Assembly (NCBI GenBank): GCA_946965045.2
Contig: OX337229.1
Coordinates: 1,116,001-1,180,000, forward strand
Direction: 5' to 3'
Source: Epithemia pelagica
Taxonomy: Eukaryota > Protista > Bacillariophyta
DNA: 64,000 nt
Part shown: positions 40,976-52,065 of the stretch, one piece after another
Numbering within the stretch: position 1 is the first letter of the stretch
How the letters are laid out: each line of letters opens with the position of its first letter
Made by a program: the position numbers and the translations under genes
Notes under the pieces: model-generated
What the model was told of the DNA's origin: nothing
What the model saw: the letters and a program-made list of their open reading frames with translations, nothing else
The model's database searches: none

Positions 40976-41182
40976 ATATCAATATATATCTTGAGAAGAG
41001 CAGTATGAATCTATGCGGTTCATATTTTTCACCCCGCAGAATTTACACATCAGCTGTGCATGAAGTCCAAATCGGGAATACTTTTAAATTATTTCAAATG
41101 ATATATTCGGAAGATAATAAATCTTGGGGTAAATTATAGTACTCCGAACATGACTCCTGACGCACGAAGTGAAAAAGAAGCA

Positions 41183-43836
41183 TCATTTTTCTCGGGACCC
41201 CGTTTTTTCCTCCTCCCCAGAACGCGTCAGCTCTACGTGACCAATCGAGGCGAAGCAAGAGGCTGCTACCCGAAGAAGCGGCTGATCTTCGCACCCCAAC
41301 TCCTCTAGTGTTTCTGGACCATCGTAATCAGTCCAGTCCTGTCCAATCTTCGATTTCGTGTCACAAGGGGAATCACTCAAGAAAAGACATGCCTGTAGAT
41401 CTTCATTGCTAAAGCTGCTTCCATGCTTTCCATCGAAAGCGGCATTGGCCAAGTTTCCCTTTTGAATTTGGCGCTGGAACATGACTTCTTCTATTGTTCC
41501 TGAAGTAAAGAGCCGGTAGATCGTGGTAGGCCTCTTCTGACCCTGTCGATACACTCTGCCCATCGCTTGTGTATCCGTAGCGGGATTCCAATCGGGCTCT
41601 GTTAATATGAGGCGGTTTGCACCAACTAAGTTCAGTCCACTGAAGAACAGATCGTAACCTTCGTAAGATCATTTGTCTCGACCCTTCGTCTGAAAGCTAG
41701 TCGACTTACCAACCACCAGCTTTTGCACTCAAAAGAAAGCAGAAAGAGCGATCCGATGAACTTTTGTTGAAGCTATCTACCACATTTTGTCTCACTTTCG
41801 CATCTGTTGTCCCGTCGAGCCGAACGAAACTGAGATTATTGGGTTTGAGAAGTGTCAGCTCTATCGCCGAAAGAACAGAAGTAAAGTTGGAAACAACAAC
41901 GACCTTCTCGTGTGGTGCACTCTCGCGGATGGCAAGGAGAAGGGCATGCAAAACCTGTAGCTTCCCAGAAGCCTTCAGGTCACAGGTTCCTCCGAAACCG
42001 TCTTGGTGCTGACATAGAAGGGGGTGAAAGCATAGCTTCCGTAGATCAGTCAATGTTGTCAGAATATCAACAGCACCCCCACCAAGTGGTATTTGAGCTA
42101 TATTCCCGTAAAGTCGTTGCTGTTCTTGAGAGGGCCTACAGAACACAAGCGCCTCAGTACGCTGAGGTAAAAGCTGCGTCAAAACATCTTTTTGTAGACG
42201 CCGTAACATGAACGTGCGGGTGATTTGATCAAGCGCTTCAGATTGAGACAAAGCATGTCTCTTTTTCTCTTGCGTAGCATTCTTGCAGTTCCCGGCGGCA
42301 ATCGGGCGTTCAAAGTTTCTTCGGAAATCTTGTAGACTCCCGAGAACCCCCTGGCAAGCGAAATTGGCTAGAGTATAAACTAGTTCCGATGGGTCAACAA
42401 AGTTTTGGTGTAAGATATGGTTGAACCGAAGCCGTGGTGATTCACGTGTTTCTCTCGCACTTACATTCTGAAAGGTTATTTTGCACGGGAGTTGCAGACA
42501 AACACAGGCGCCGCTTTGTGACCAACGACTCAAGGGCATTCATGGCCAGAGATCCGGAGGTATTTTTGAGACGATGCGCTTCGTCACAAACCAATAGTTC
42601 TATGCTTCCTCCTTTTATACCCTGAAAGAGATCAACGTTAAGTCTGAACAGATCGTACGACAAAATTAGAACCTGTCCAACTTGATTAGACACGTTCTGT
42701 TTCATTCGGGAGCAAAAAGAACGCATGGCTTGACGACCTAATTCTCCACCTTGATTGATCGTAGTACGTTTTGGTTGACCAGCTTTCCCAATCCATTTGT
42801 CGAACTCGTTGGCCCAGTTGCATACCAAGGACGAGGGACAAACGACAACGTAACTCGAACTTCTTGTCTGTTTGTGAAGGGCTGCGATTACTGAAAAGTG
42901 AAAGTCGAGTGAGATTTCAATTGCAAAGAGTCACGTCAAGTCGCAGTGTTATGCTATAATTCTAACAAAACGGCTCACCTGCTATCGTCATGAGAGTCTT
43001 TCCAAGTCCCATTTCATCACACATTAGCGCTAGACGAGAGTAAGAATATATTCCAGAGTGAACACCAAGGATAAGAGGACATCTCATTACTCACCTCCTT
43101 TGAGAGAACCTCCCAAGCTGTTCCACATAAAGTCTACACCATCGATTTGGTGAGGGCGCAAGGTAGCTCGAATAGAGGCGGGAAGAGGGATGTGAGGAAG
43201 CACGGTAGGCTTTGTGGACGGGACAGGTACCAGTGACGGCTGCTTGGGGGAAATGCGATGTACGGAGCTAGTCGGGAGATTCGAGTTAGTTCTCGAGAGA
43301 ACACGCCGTTGAGAAGAGGATTCGAGTTTCTTGTTCCTGTTGACAAAGCGTGGCGGTACTGGTTTATGGGCGGGGAGAAGGGCACCATCATGTTTAGGTG
43401 TCATTCGCACACTCTTCAGTCCTCCTACTCGTGCACTAGAACGGGGAATGTTTGAAGAGGTTCCTGAGCACTCGTTTCTTGTCGTGATTGGCTTGATCGC
43501 AACATCTTTTCCCACCACGGTGACTATCTGCACCTCATACCCTCCCACTACAACAGTCTGTTCTTCCATCAAAGTCTCTTTCGCCAAAGACATGATACGA
43601 CCAGAAAACAGAATATCGTTGTCGGTCTTGTGAGATCTTTTCCTTTTTCTCTTACTGTTCCTACCGTGATCAGATTCTTCGTCGCTGGAAGTTGACCCTC
43701 CATTGTCGATGCTCGCGGAACGAAGGACAACCATTCCATCGTCTCGAGAAATACGAAGAAAGCCGTCCGATTTCGACACCCCTTTCGCCTTATGTATTTT
43801 TTTGGTTCGATTGTAGTAAAGAACTTCGTATTCCAT
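41183..43836 (-). CDS. RAD54/RAD54B-like SNF2 DNA translocase (multi-exon)
   Basis: N-terminal YEVLYYNRTKKIHK...DGFL; LRPHQIDGV; spliced GALMCDEMGLGKT; VCPSSLVCNWANEFDKW; CDEAHRLKN; LSATPVQNNL; RLDGTT; DWNPATDTQAMGRVYRQGQ. Confidence 0.88.
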
Positions 43837-44257
43837 CGTGTAATTCCAGTACAGGTGAACCTCGTGGTGACTGTAGATTGCTTCCATTTGGCTGCGACAA
43901 CAGGAAGTGCCAGAGAAAAGAGATCAATGCGGTGGCGGTGGCCGCCGCCCACACGGACTCGACGTGCGCGGACCCGACAGGCGTAGAAATCATGGCGCAG
44001 AATCTCCCTCCGACACGAAGAAAAATCGCTTTTGGATCGCTCCTATGATTGGCGGCGAATGTGTGGCTGTGGCTACCGTGCAACCACACGTCCATATGTA
44101 GCGCGTGTTTCATTCGTTGCCAAGTGCTGAGGCTGGGGCAACTCAACACAGTGGTACAATTGTGCTCGTTGTTGTTTGTTTCTTCACGGTAATTGACTTG
44201 GAGAAACTATTGCTGAAACAGAAGAGAGCGAATAGAGGAGAAGTAGGCAACGGAACC

Positions 44258-45886
44258 ATGGTTAGTTTCGAGATTCCTTTTGTGGCCTCCAACCCCGACT
44301 CGTGGGGCCCTCCTCCTTTTGATGAAGGTAATCCTCAAGATTCTTTTGGTAGCTTTGCGAAATTTGCTTCCCTGCCATATGCTCCCTTTGGCCGCTCAGA
44401 TCGATTGGGACGGGCGGCTGATTTCACATCTAGTACTCGCGGGCCAACGGGTGGTGGAAGGCAGAGACGCGAGTTCAGACGCCAAATGGAAGAAGAGGAA
44501 AATGCCGAAGACTCGTTCCAGCTTGTTGATACAACCAAAGCACAGACAACGAGGAAATTTGTGAACCCTGCTAGCAAGCGACGACAGCACACCCAGCGGT
44601 TGCGCCAGATCAATGCGCGACGTCAACAGTCCACAGGGACACAAGGACCTACCATGGACAAAATGCGTGGTCGCGGTGGCGGTGGACGCGGAAGAGGGGG
44701 AGGACGTGGCGGTGGAAGAGGAGGTCGTTTTGGTGGTAATTATGGAAACCGAGCTGATCGCCAACCTTCTGTCGCGGTGCAGAGTGATTGGAAGCAGGTG
44801 GAAGAAATTGACCTTGTCAAGCTCACGAAGAACATGGTGTTTTCGGGTGATATTCCGGCTCCCGATGATATGTTATGGTGCGGCTACTTGGATGGCTACA
44901 ATGAGGCATACGATAAAGTTACCTCGCGCCAACCAGCCCCGCTGAAACGGATGGAGCACAAAGAGTTTTACTATGTCACGACGACTGATGATCCTGTGCT
45001 TGAGAAACTTGCTGTGGACGGCATGGGGCAGGTCTTTATCACAGACACGATTTTGGCACATCTTATGACATGCACCCGAAGTGTGTATCCTTGGGACATT
45101 GTTGTAGAAAAACTCCCTGGTGGCACTTTGTTTTTCGATAAGCGAGACAATAGCCAATTCGACTACCTAACTGTCAGTGAGACAGCGTACAGTCCTCCCT
45201 CTGGACAAGATGGAGCCGACAGTCCTGCAAGGCTCGGCCTAGAAGCTACTATGGTGAACCAGAATTTCTCGCAACAGATCCTCAAGAAATCTGGTCGGAC
45301 AGGCATGACCCTGCCAAATCCGTTCTACGAAGATGATGAAGACGGTATGGAACCTGCCAGTGTTGCTTACCGCTATCGAAAGTTTTCCCTGGACGATAAA
45401 ACCACCCTAATCTGCCGTACCGAATTACATGGGATCGTGAAAAAGACCCAGTATATGACTGCCTTTGCGCTGAATGAATACTTCCCTCCATCGGTTGGTC
45501 CCAACACTGCGAACTGGAGGGACAAAATTGATTCACAAAGAGGTGCTGTTCTTGCAACCGAGTTGAAGAACAACTCATTCAAACTAGCGAAATGGACCGC
45601 ACAGTCTCTTCTTTCCGGTGCTGATCAAATGAAGATTGGATTCGTCTCAAGATCATCGCCCAAGAATGACTACGACCATGTAATTCTGGCAACTCAGTTC
45701 TACCGACCAAAGGATTTTGCGACTCAAATTACTCTTTCCGAGAACCAAATGTGGTCCATTTTCCGGACGTTTGTTAATCTCTTACAGAAGCAGGAGGATG
45801 GCAAATACGTGATGATGAGAGAGCCCAATAGGGCGATTCTCAACCTCTACAAGGTACCGGCCGAGACTTTCCAAGAAGACGACTAG
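44258..45886 (+). CDS. EIF3D: Eukaryotic translation initiation factor 3 subunit D
   Basis: [68 protein letters not shown]; likely ATG 44258. Confidence 0.97.
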   Translation: MVSFEIPFVASNPDSWGPPPFDEGNPQDSFGSFAKFASLPYAPFGRSDRLGRAADFTSSTRGPTGGGRQRREFRRQMEEEENAEDSFQLVDTTKAQTTRKFVNPASKRRQHTQRLRQINARRQQSTGTQGPTMDKMRGRGGGGRGRGGGRGGGRGGRFGGNYGNRADRQPSVAVQSDWKQVEEIDLVKLTKNMVFSGDIPAPDDMLWCGYLDGYNEAYDKVTSRQPAPLKRMEHKEFYYVTTTDDPVLEKLAVDGMGQVFITDTILAHLMTCTRSVYPWDIVVEKLPGGTLFFDKRDNSQFDYLTVSETAYSPPSGQDGADSPARLGLEATMVNQNFSQQILKKSGRTGMTLPNPFYEDDEDGMEPASVAYRYRKFSLDDKTTLICRTELHGIVKKTQYMTAFALNEYFPPSVGPNTANWRDKIDSQRGAVLATELKNNSFKLAKWTAQSLLSGADQMKIGFVSRSSPKNDYDHVILATQFYRPKDFATQITLSENQMWSIFRTFVNLLQKQEDGKYVMMREPNRAILNLYKVPAETFQEDD

Positions 45887-46013
45887 AGAATACGGATGCA
45901 TCCTTGAACATTATTGCAAAGCACAGATGCTCGCCTCTCACAGAAAATAAGTAACCAGCGCAAAATAATATGGACTCATTAAGGACAAAACAAATAGCCT
46001 TCTACTAGAAATA

Positions 46014-47269
46014 TCATCTTTTCTTTCTGCGGAGATCTCGCAATGCACTCTTGCTACGGGCAAGATCACAGTCCCCGTTGGATGCTCCAGCGAAAAAGGC
46101 TCGGATCAACTTCTCATTAATCTCTTTGATCCCGCCGAAAATATACCACATTGACACAAAGGGTGACGACTTTTTGTGCGTGTCACTTCCGCGAATATTA
46201 GTGCCAGACAAAGAGAGGACAATATTCAAGTAGATTCAACAACTAACCTTATCTTTGCTTCCCGAAAACCACCTGGAGGTGAGTACACATACCTCTTTCT
46301 CGGAACAACATAGAATGGCTGAGCATTTCCCATTTTGCGAATCGCATCGAGGAAAAATTCTTTCTTGTGTACCCACTGTGGTAACAGCAAAAACCAAGGA
46401 CGGTTTCCAAAACTCGTCGAGCATACGAATTGTATGAGTCGTTCAATATGATTCGCTAAGATGGGTTCAAAGAAGAGGCGGAAGAGATTTGAATGATGAC
46501 AATATCCTTTGGTCATCAAAATATCATGCATGATCTTTCTCACCTGAATACGGGGGGTTTGAGACCAATATATCGAATGAAGGGAGGGAGTGTGATTCCC
46601 ATACTTTGTAGCAGTCCTCTTTTCTGTTGTAGACATTGGGAAAACCAAGCTCCTCAAAGTTTCGCTTGACGGCTCCATCACAAAAGTATGGATCATATAT
46701 CGTTGGCGATTGATCCTTCGGATCTAATATCCGTAGCAATGGGACAATGTGAGCGTACGCTTCCTTGGGTGATTCGCAATGATCATCAGGTTCCGTCGGG
46801 AAAGGAAAATCGGGAATTTTTGAAGCTCCGCTGGTTTCCACTAGATTGTGAACACAGACATAAGGTTAGACGAAGCCTTTTCCAATTGGCTATTGAGAAC
46901 ATCTCAGTTGGAGGCAATAATACAGATATCACACCCGCCATTCAGAGGTTGAGGAGAACACATTTTGTGATCCCAGAGACCTTGAATTTTGCACGAAATT
47001 TGACCACGCTAAATCTTGGTATATTAGGCATTCGCCTGGCTTCGATCCGTGCAGAAATGTCTCAAACCAATGCTCTTTGTCCCCGTACCTTTTTCATTTT
47101 TCTTATTATTACTGCCGGCAATCGTTGGTTCCTCTTTCTTAGGGCGTTTCGGGTCTCGCGTCAAATTATCCTCTGAAGGCATTCCATCACCGCTACCGGA
47201 TCTCTTGGGGAACTGGTCTATGGATTCTTCTGTTCTATTGCAGTGACGTTTCCTTTTCTTCTTCCCCAT
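46014..47269 (-). CDS. Putative amino-(N6-adenine-type) methyltransferase with NPPY motif (4 exons)
   Basis: Manual splicing joins a Lys-rich exon 1 to DDHCESPKEAY...IYDPYFCDG (motif I-like)...DILVSNPPYS (motif IV)...WFLLLP...SDTHKKSSPFVSMWY. Confidence 0.7.
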
Positions 47270-47518
47270 TGCTGTCCTGATTGCAAAGATTTTCTGGATC
47301 CAAATTTCATTCAGATTTTGGGGATGGGAATTGCGGGGTACACCCAGTTAGAAAAGGGGATGGAAAATTGAATCCGACGTCACCCAATATGTTGAATTTA
47401 GCTTGATGGAATGATAGGTTGTGTAGCTCTCTTCATTGAACCTAAAGATCGGCATTCATACAAGAGGAAACAACTTTGACCTTCCAACTCTGTGAATTTG
47501 TTATATTGCTGAATCACC

Positions 47519-47868
47519 ATGGCCCGCGTAGTTTTCGTTCTTGCCCTTTTGGTTGCCGCCGCTTCGGCCTTCGTTGCCCCCGCCAACAATGGTGGTAAGT
47601 TCCGAGGTCAATGCGCGGATGATTCTGGTTGACACCATTGTTCTGACGTACTTGGTCTATTTCAACAGTTGCTTTCGCGCGGACTTCCTCGGTCAAGATG
47701 ATCCCCGTCGAAGTTGTTGATGTCGATGCCGTCAGCACCATGGCACAAAGCTCAAACCTTATTGCTTCCAGCGCCGGTGACTTCGGTGGATACTTCTACC
47801 CTATTGCCGGACTTGGATTGCTTTCCGCTTTGATCCTTTACCTCTCCCCACCCCTTGTGGACGAGTAA
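47519..47868 (+). CDS. Small plastid-targeted single-TM protein (91 aa, 2 exons), not in the ORF track
   Basis: MARVVFVLALLVAAASAFVAPANNG|VAFARTSSVKM...DFGGYFYPIAGLGLLSALILYLSPPLVDE*; ASAF bipartite motif; intron 47595-47668. Confidence 0.85.
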
Positions 47869-48768
47869 ATCACTATTTTGAGACACAAGCACCTACATTG
47901 GAATTCGGCTGGACAGCTAATGCTTAGAGAGATGAACATTTTCTAGGGAAGCCAAATTCACTGACGACTCAGCATTAATAAAGCAACCTCACTGTGATCA
48001 GTGTATTCGATCGTGATGTCCTGTCGAGCTCCTGCCAGATCATGATAGACACGATGCGAAAGTGTTCGGATGACCTGATTCAGACCCTTGTCATGTTTGC
48101 GGTTGCGCTTTGGCTTCGGGCCTGCCTTCAGACTTGTACAAAATGTCGTTTCCAGATATGGTGCCAGTCTGTAGGACGGCTGTGAACCGTGCGATCATTT
48201 ACCACCACCATCTCGTTCGTTAGGCTTCTAGTTGGTCTCTGAGACATGAATATCTGAGATGTGGTCTTATCCAGCGTGCTCATTCAATGCCCATTCCGAG
48301 AGAGGGCTACTACTCCTTGGACCTCTGGAGAGCCCACAGTCCCCGTTCGACTTCGACCTCATACAAGTAGTTCATAGTCCGGTCCGTATAACTCAATCCC
48401 TAATTAGCCTAATTTGTGTGGATCCACGGAAAACACCTCCACGATGTAATCAGATTTTAGTACTCGTATATTATTTCACACGCCAGGGATATTAGCATCT
48501 GGCCTTCGTCCGGTGCTATTGAGCCATTCTCCATTCGACTCGAGGGGGACAAATTCCACCCGTCGGCTCGTTGTCGACTCTCTTCGAAAAAGAAGTTCTG
48601 CTTCTTCTTTCGCGTTCAGCACACGGTGAGACCGTGAAAGAGCTGTGTCTGGACCACCAGCCAGGAGAGTCCGGGCTCGTGGTCATTGTCCCGGAGCTCC
48701 TTGGTTTCCTTCAGCATTTCTCTCTATGAATACCATTTCCTTTGCTGTTGAGATACGAAACACGATAA

Positions 48769-50763
48769 GTGCAAGCGATTTCGATCGCCTTACCCCGGCG
48801 GGAAGCACCGCCTTCCTTTAGAACCATGACTGTACCCAGAAAGGATATATACCCAGCTTCTCGCACTGTGGCTCGACCAGTTGCCAATTTAGGCAACACA
48901 TGTTACATGAATGCGGTTTTACAAGCACTAGCGCATGCTCCTGAACTGTGCTTGGCCATGGACTGCGAGGCTCACCGGACTTACTGCCCCATTGCGAGAG
49001 AAAACAGAGAAAAAGTTCGTCGTTCCAACTCTCCAGACGGATCCGCGTCTTCGAACGAAAGCGAGTCCAAGCGTCCCACAGCAACTCGGAAGTCCAGAAG
49101 ATCAGGTAGGAAGAGTCCTCCGGAGCAGCAAGAAGATTCACCGAACACCATCAAGTTTTGTGCCCTTTGTGAACTGGAAGAGCATCTTATGAATGTTCAC
49201 GATTCCGCACTCAAAGACAAGCCTGTTGCACCAAACTCGTTTGTGAACGGTTTCATGGAACAAGTTGCCCCATGGTTCAGACTTGGTGTACAAGAGGACT
49301 CCCATGAATTTCTCCGACTCCTCATCGAGGCGATGCAAAAGTCGTGTGAGAAAGCCAGAACAGGGCACTCCAAGAGTCCAGATGTTTCTCCCGTTCCTGA
49401 TGTACCCAAAATCGAAGATGACAACGAAAAGAAGGACAAGGAATATCCTTTTTCTTTGTTTCGTGGAACTGTAGAATCGACTGTCACATGTGGGTCGTGT
49501 GGTGGTGCAAGTTCTACCCTCGATCCGATTGAAGATATTGGCCTAGAGGTCACTGCTCCATCGACATCGAGTTCGGGTCGAGGAGGAACAGAAAGATCCT
49601 CAAGGAATATGTCACCGGTCCCTGCACCTCCACTATACGATGTGGGTACGGCGTTTCAGAGATACTCAAGGCCCGAAGCTCTTGACTCTGGATACAAATG
49701 TGAAAGATGCGGTAAAGTGGGAAAGGCAACCAAGCAATCCCGGCTCGCCTCCATTCCACCGATTCTTACGCTTCACCTGAAGAGGTTCCGTTATGGTTCC
49801 GGTGGTTTGAATGGAGTCTCGGATGTTGGATCGCGACGATCAAGATCAGAGCTGGGTCAACTTCTTGCCGGAAGTGAATACTTTGGCGGAAAGTCGGGCT
49901 CTGCCAAGATCGAAGGTCACATCAAGTTCAGCGTTCTTTTTGATTTGCAGCCCTTCTTGACTGAGGAGCTGCAAAAGAAACATGCGAATATGCTTTGTCG
50001 ACTCTTTGCAGTCATTGTCCATGCTGGAAAAAACTCTCATTCCGGACACTACATAGCCTATGTTCGAAACCTTGCCAAGAATGAATGGTGGAAGATGGAT
50101 GACAATCGGGTAACGAATGTAACCGTTAATGAAGTACAGAATGCCGAAGCATACATGCTTTTCTACCGGGTTGTACAGCACCCCGTTGCCACGAGCCTTG
50201 AGCAAAAAATGGACCGAATGATGAACATGAAGAACAACCCTTCTCCAACTCCAGGGCCACCTGATTCTAGACTTCTTCGAAAACGACCCCATCCTATATC
50301 GACGATGGACGGAGAATCCTGGTTTCGGACGAAAACAAGCATGCCTCCTTACATTATGGGTGTTGTGCGGAAAATTGAAGAACAAGTAGCAGGAGATCTT
50401 GTTTGCCACGAGGAGTTTGTCCGCTGGGCTCGTGATAATGTTGGAGTAGATGTAACTTCTATCACTGCTTCATTAGAAATGGAAATTGGAGGTGAGTTCC
50501 TACCCGTGTTGATTTGGTTTCATTTTATACTGTTGATATTGTCTAACGTTTTTCAACGTACCCGAACAGAGAACGATTTTTTTGAAGACTACCGGCAAAG
50601 GATAGTCAAATTCATTGTTGTAGCCCTACAATGGATTGAGCGTGTGAAAGGAATATCTCCTTCGCAGTTGCTTACTCCGCAAATTGCGACGAGTTTAGAA
50701 AGCATTGCAGATGACAAGCGTGTAGCTGTCGTCGAACCAGAAGAACAGATGGACTTGCTCTGA
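48769..50763 (+). CDS. Ubiquitin-specific protease (C19), USP36/42-like
   Basis: Cys box NLGNTCYMNAVLQAL, QEDSHEFL, LHLKRF, His box HAGKNSHSGHYIAYV, WWKMDD; probable intron near 50493-50569; true start uncertain (ATG 48826 or upstream). Confidence 0.92.
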   Translation: MQAISIALPRREAPPSFRTMTVPRKDIYPASRTVARPVANLGNTCYMNAVLQALAHAPELCLAMDCEAHRTYCPIARENREKVRRSNSPDGSASSNESESKRPTATRKSRRSGRKSPPEQQEDSPNTIKFCALCELEEHLMNVHDSALKDKPVAPNSFVNGFMEQVAPWFRLGVQEDSHEFLRLLIEAMQKSCEKARTGHSKSPDVSPVPDVPKIEDDNEKKDKEYPFSLFRGTVESTVTCGSCGGASSTLDPIEDIGLEVTAPSTSSSGRGGTERSSRNMSPVPAPPLYDVGTAFQRYSRPEALDSGYKCERCGKVGKATKQSRLASIPPILTLHLKRFRYGSGGLNGVSDVGSRRSRSELGQLLAGSEYFGGKSGSAKIEGHIKFSVLFDLQPFLTEELQKKHANMLCRLFAVIVHAGKNSHSGHYIAYVRNLAKNEWWKMDDNRVTNVTVNEVQNAEAYMLFYRVVQHPVATSLEQKMDRMMNMKNNPSPTPGPPDSRLLRKRPHPISTMDGESWFRTKTSMPPYIMGVVRKIEEQVAGDLVCHEEFVRWARDNVGVDVTSITASLEMEIGGEFLPVLIWFHFILLILSNVFQRTRTENDFFEDYRQRIVKFIVVALQWIERVKGISPSQLLTPQIATSLESIADDKRVAVVEPEEQMDLL

Positions 50764-50840
50764 GCTCGCTACAAAAGACAGCGCTAAGACGGCGAATCCT
50801 TAGAATATATTTTACGCCGTCGTTTCACATAGAGAGGATG

Positions 50841-51659
50841 CTAACTGTAGTGGAGATCGGTTCTGCTTCCATGTGGGAAAGGACTCTCTCCATACGCCAG
50901 AGACGGGTGATGTCTACCGTCACCATAACCACTTGCATGGAGTCTAGCCGTGGAGGAGCCTCGCCGAAGAAGGCGTCTCACAATGCGATACGTTAGATAG
51001 GAGGCGGCAGAAACAATGCATAGGCGGATCGTTCGGAGTCTCCTTCTTTCTTTTCTTGCTTCCTCCGATTCTTCCATGTGTGCAGCAGCCTCTAATCGCC
51101 GCATTTCGTTCCACGACGATATGGCGTGGTCCACCATAGAGGACACCGAGTCAAATAATTGTTTGAGGGCTTGAGTGTTCATACCAATTATTTGGACAGC
51201 CTGACCCAGGGAGAAAATGACGCTTTGAACTCCGAAGAGAAATTGATTCAAGTTTGAGAGAGGCCCTGGAGATGCCATTCCCATAGGAGAGTACATGCCG
51301 CCATAGCTACCATAAGGAGAACCATACCCTCCTCCGTAAAAGGGGCTAATGCCCCCCATCGTACTCATACCAGCCGGATAATTGTCGAAACTCTGTTGGT
51401 ACAAGTTCCCCGTTGTATTAATCAACGCAGAGTTTCCAGCTGGTTGACCATTCGTACTCCCGGTCAGCAACCTGTTTTGTTGTTGGTTGTCGCCCTCTGC
51501 GGCAATCTGCTCATGCTCTGGAACGCGATGAACCTGATTGGAAGGAAGATCAAATCGAACCCCACGTTGTTTGCTGTTTGATGGGTTTGAGTCTGCAGCA
51601 TGTCCTTCGATACTGCTTTCTACAATAGATGCTATGTTTCCAGATGTGTTAGGGGCCAT
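50841..51659 (-). CDS. PEX13: PEX13-like peroxin (plant-type, no SH3)
   Basis: Gly/Tyr-rich YGG repeats followed by LFGVQSVIFSLGQAVQIIGMNTQALKQLFD, resembling the plant PEX13 core (..NTQA..); no SH3 seen. Confidence 0.6.
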   Translation of the reverse strand: MAPNTSGNIASIVESSIEGHAADSNPSNSKQRGVRFDLPSNQVHRVPEHEQIAAEGDNQQQNRLLTGSTNGQPAGNSALINTTGNLYQQSFDNYPAGMSTMGGISPFYGGGYGSPYGSYGGMYSPMGMASPGPLSNLNQFLFGVQSVIFSLGQAVQIIGMNTQALKQLFDSVSSMVDHAISSWNEMRRLEAAAHMEESEEARKERRRLRTIRLCIVSAASYLTYRIVRRLLRRGSSTARLHASGYGDGRHHPSLAYGESPFPHGSRTDLHYS

Positions 51660-52065
51660 CTCGTTAAGACCTTCAATATTGTGAATATTTTGTGAATAAG
51701 GGATGATGGCGGCGAAAAATCACAACTGACAACGTACCCTTCTAATAGCTAGTCTGTGTCTCTCTCTACGGACACATGGGAGCTTGGAGGGCTGATAATA
51801 CCATTTAGTGCGAGCGTTAAGCGTTATGTTTTGTTAAGTATTTTTGCTGTTGCTTCTTCGTCGATACACGCATGCACATCTCAAGACATTTCTCTGCCAA
51901 GACACCCACGCAATCAATTTCGGTCTACACACAATTTTTTCTTGCTGCCACTACCAATGATGGAGATGGGAATGGAAATGGAAGGACAATAGGTAGATCT
52001 CGACAAAGCAAAATTTGAATCTAGCCTGGTCAATCGACTGACAATCTGCTCATAAAGGGAAAGCC

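Noticed and set aside
42975-43095. Suspected frameshift in RAD54-like motif I
   Set aside because: Careful splicing gives an in-frame GALMCDEMGLGKT; the gene appears intact.
47960-48180. Stop-free minus-strand frame (SYRLAPYLETT...)
   Set aside because: No start codon or convincing upstream exon, and no motif.
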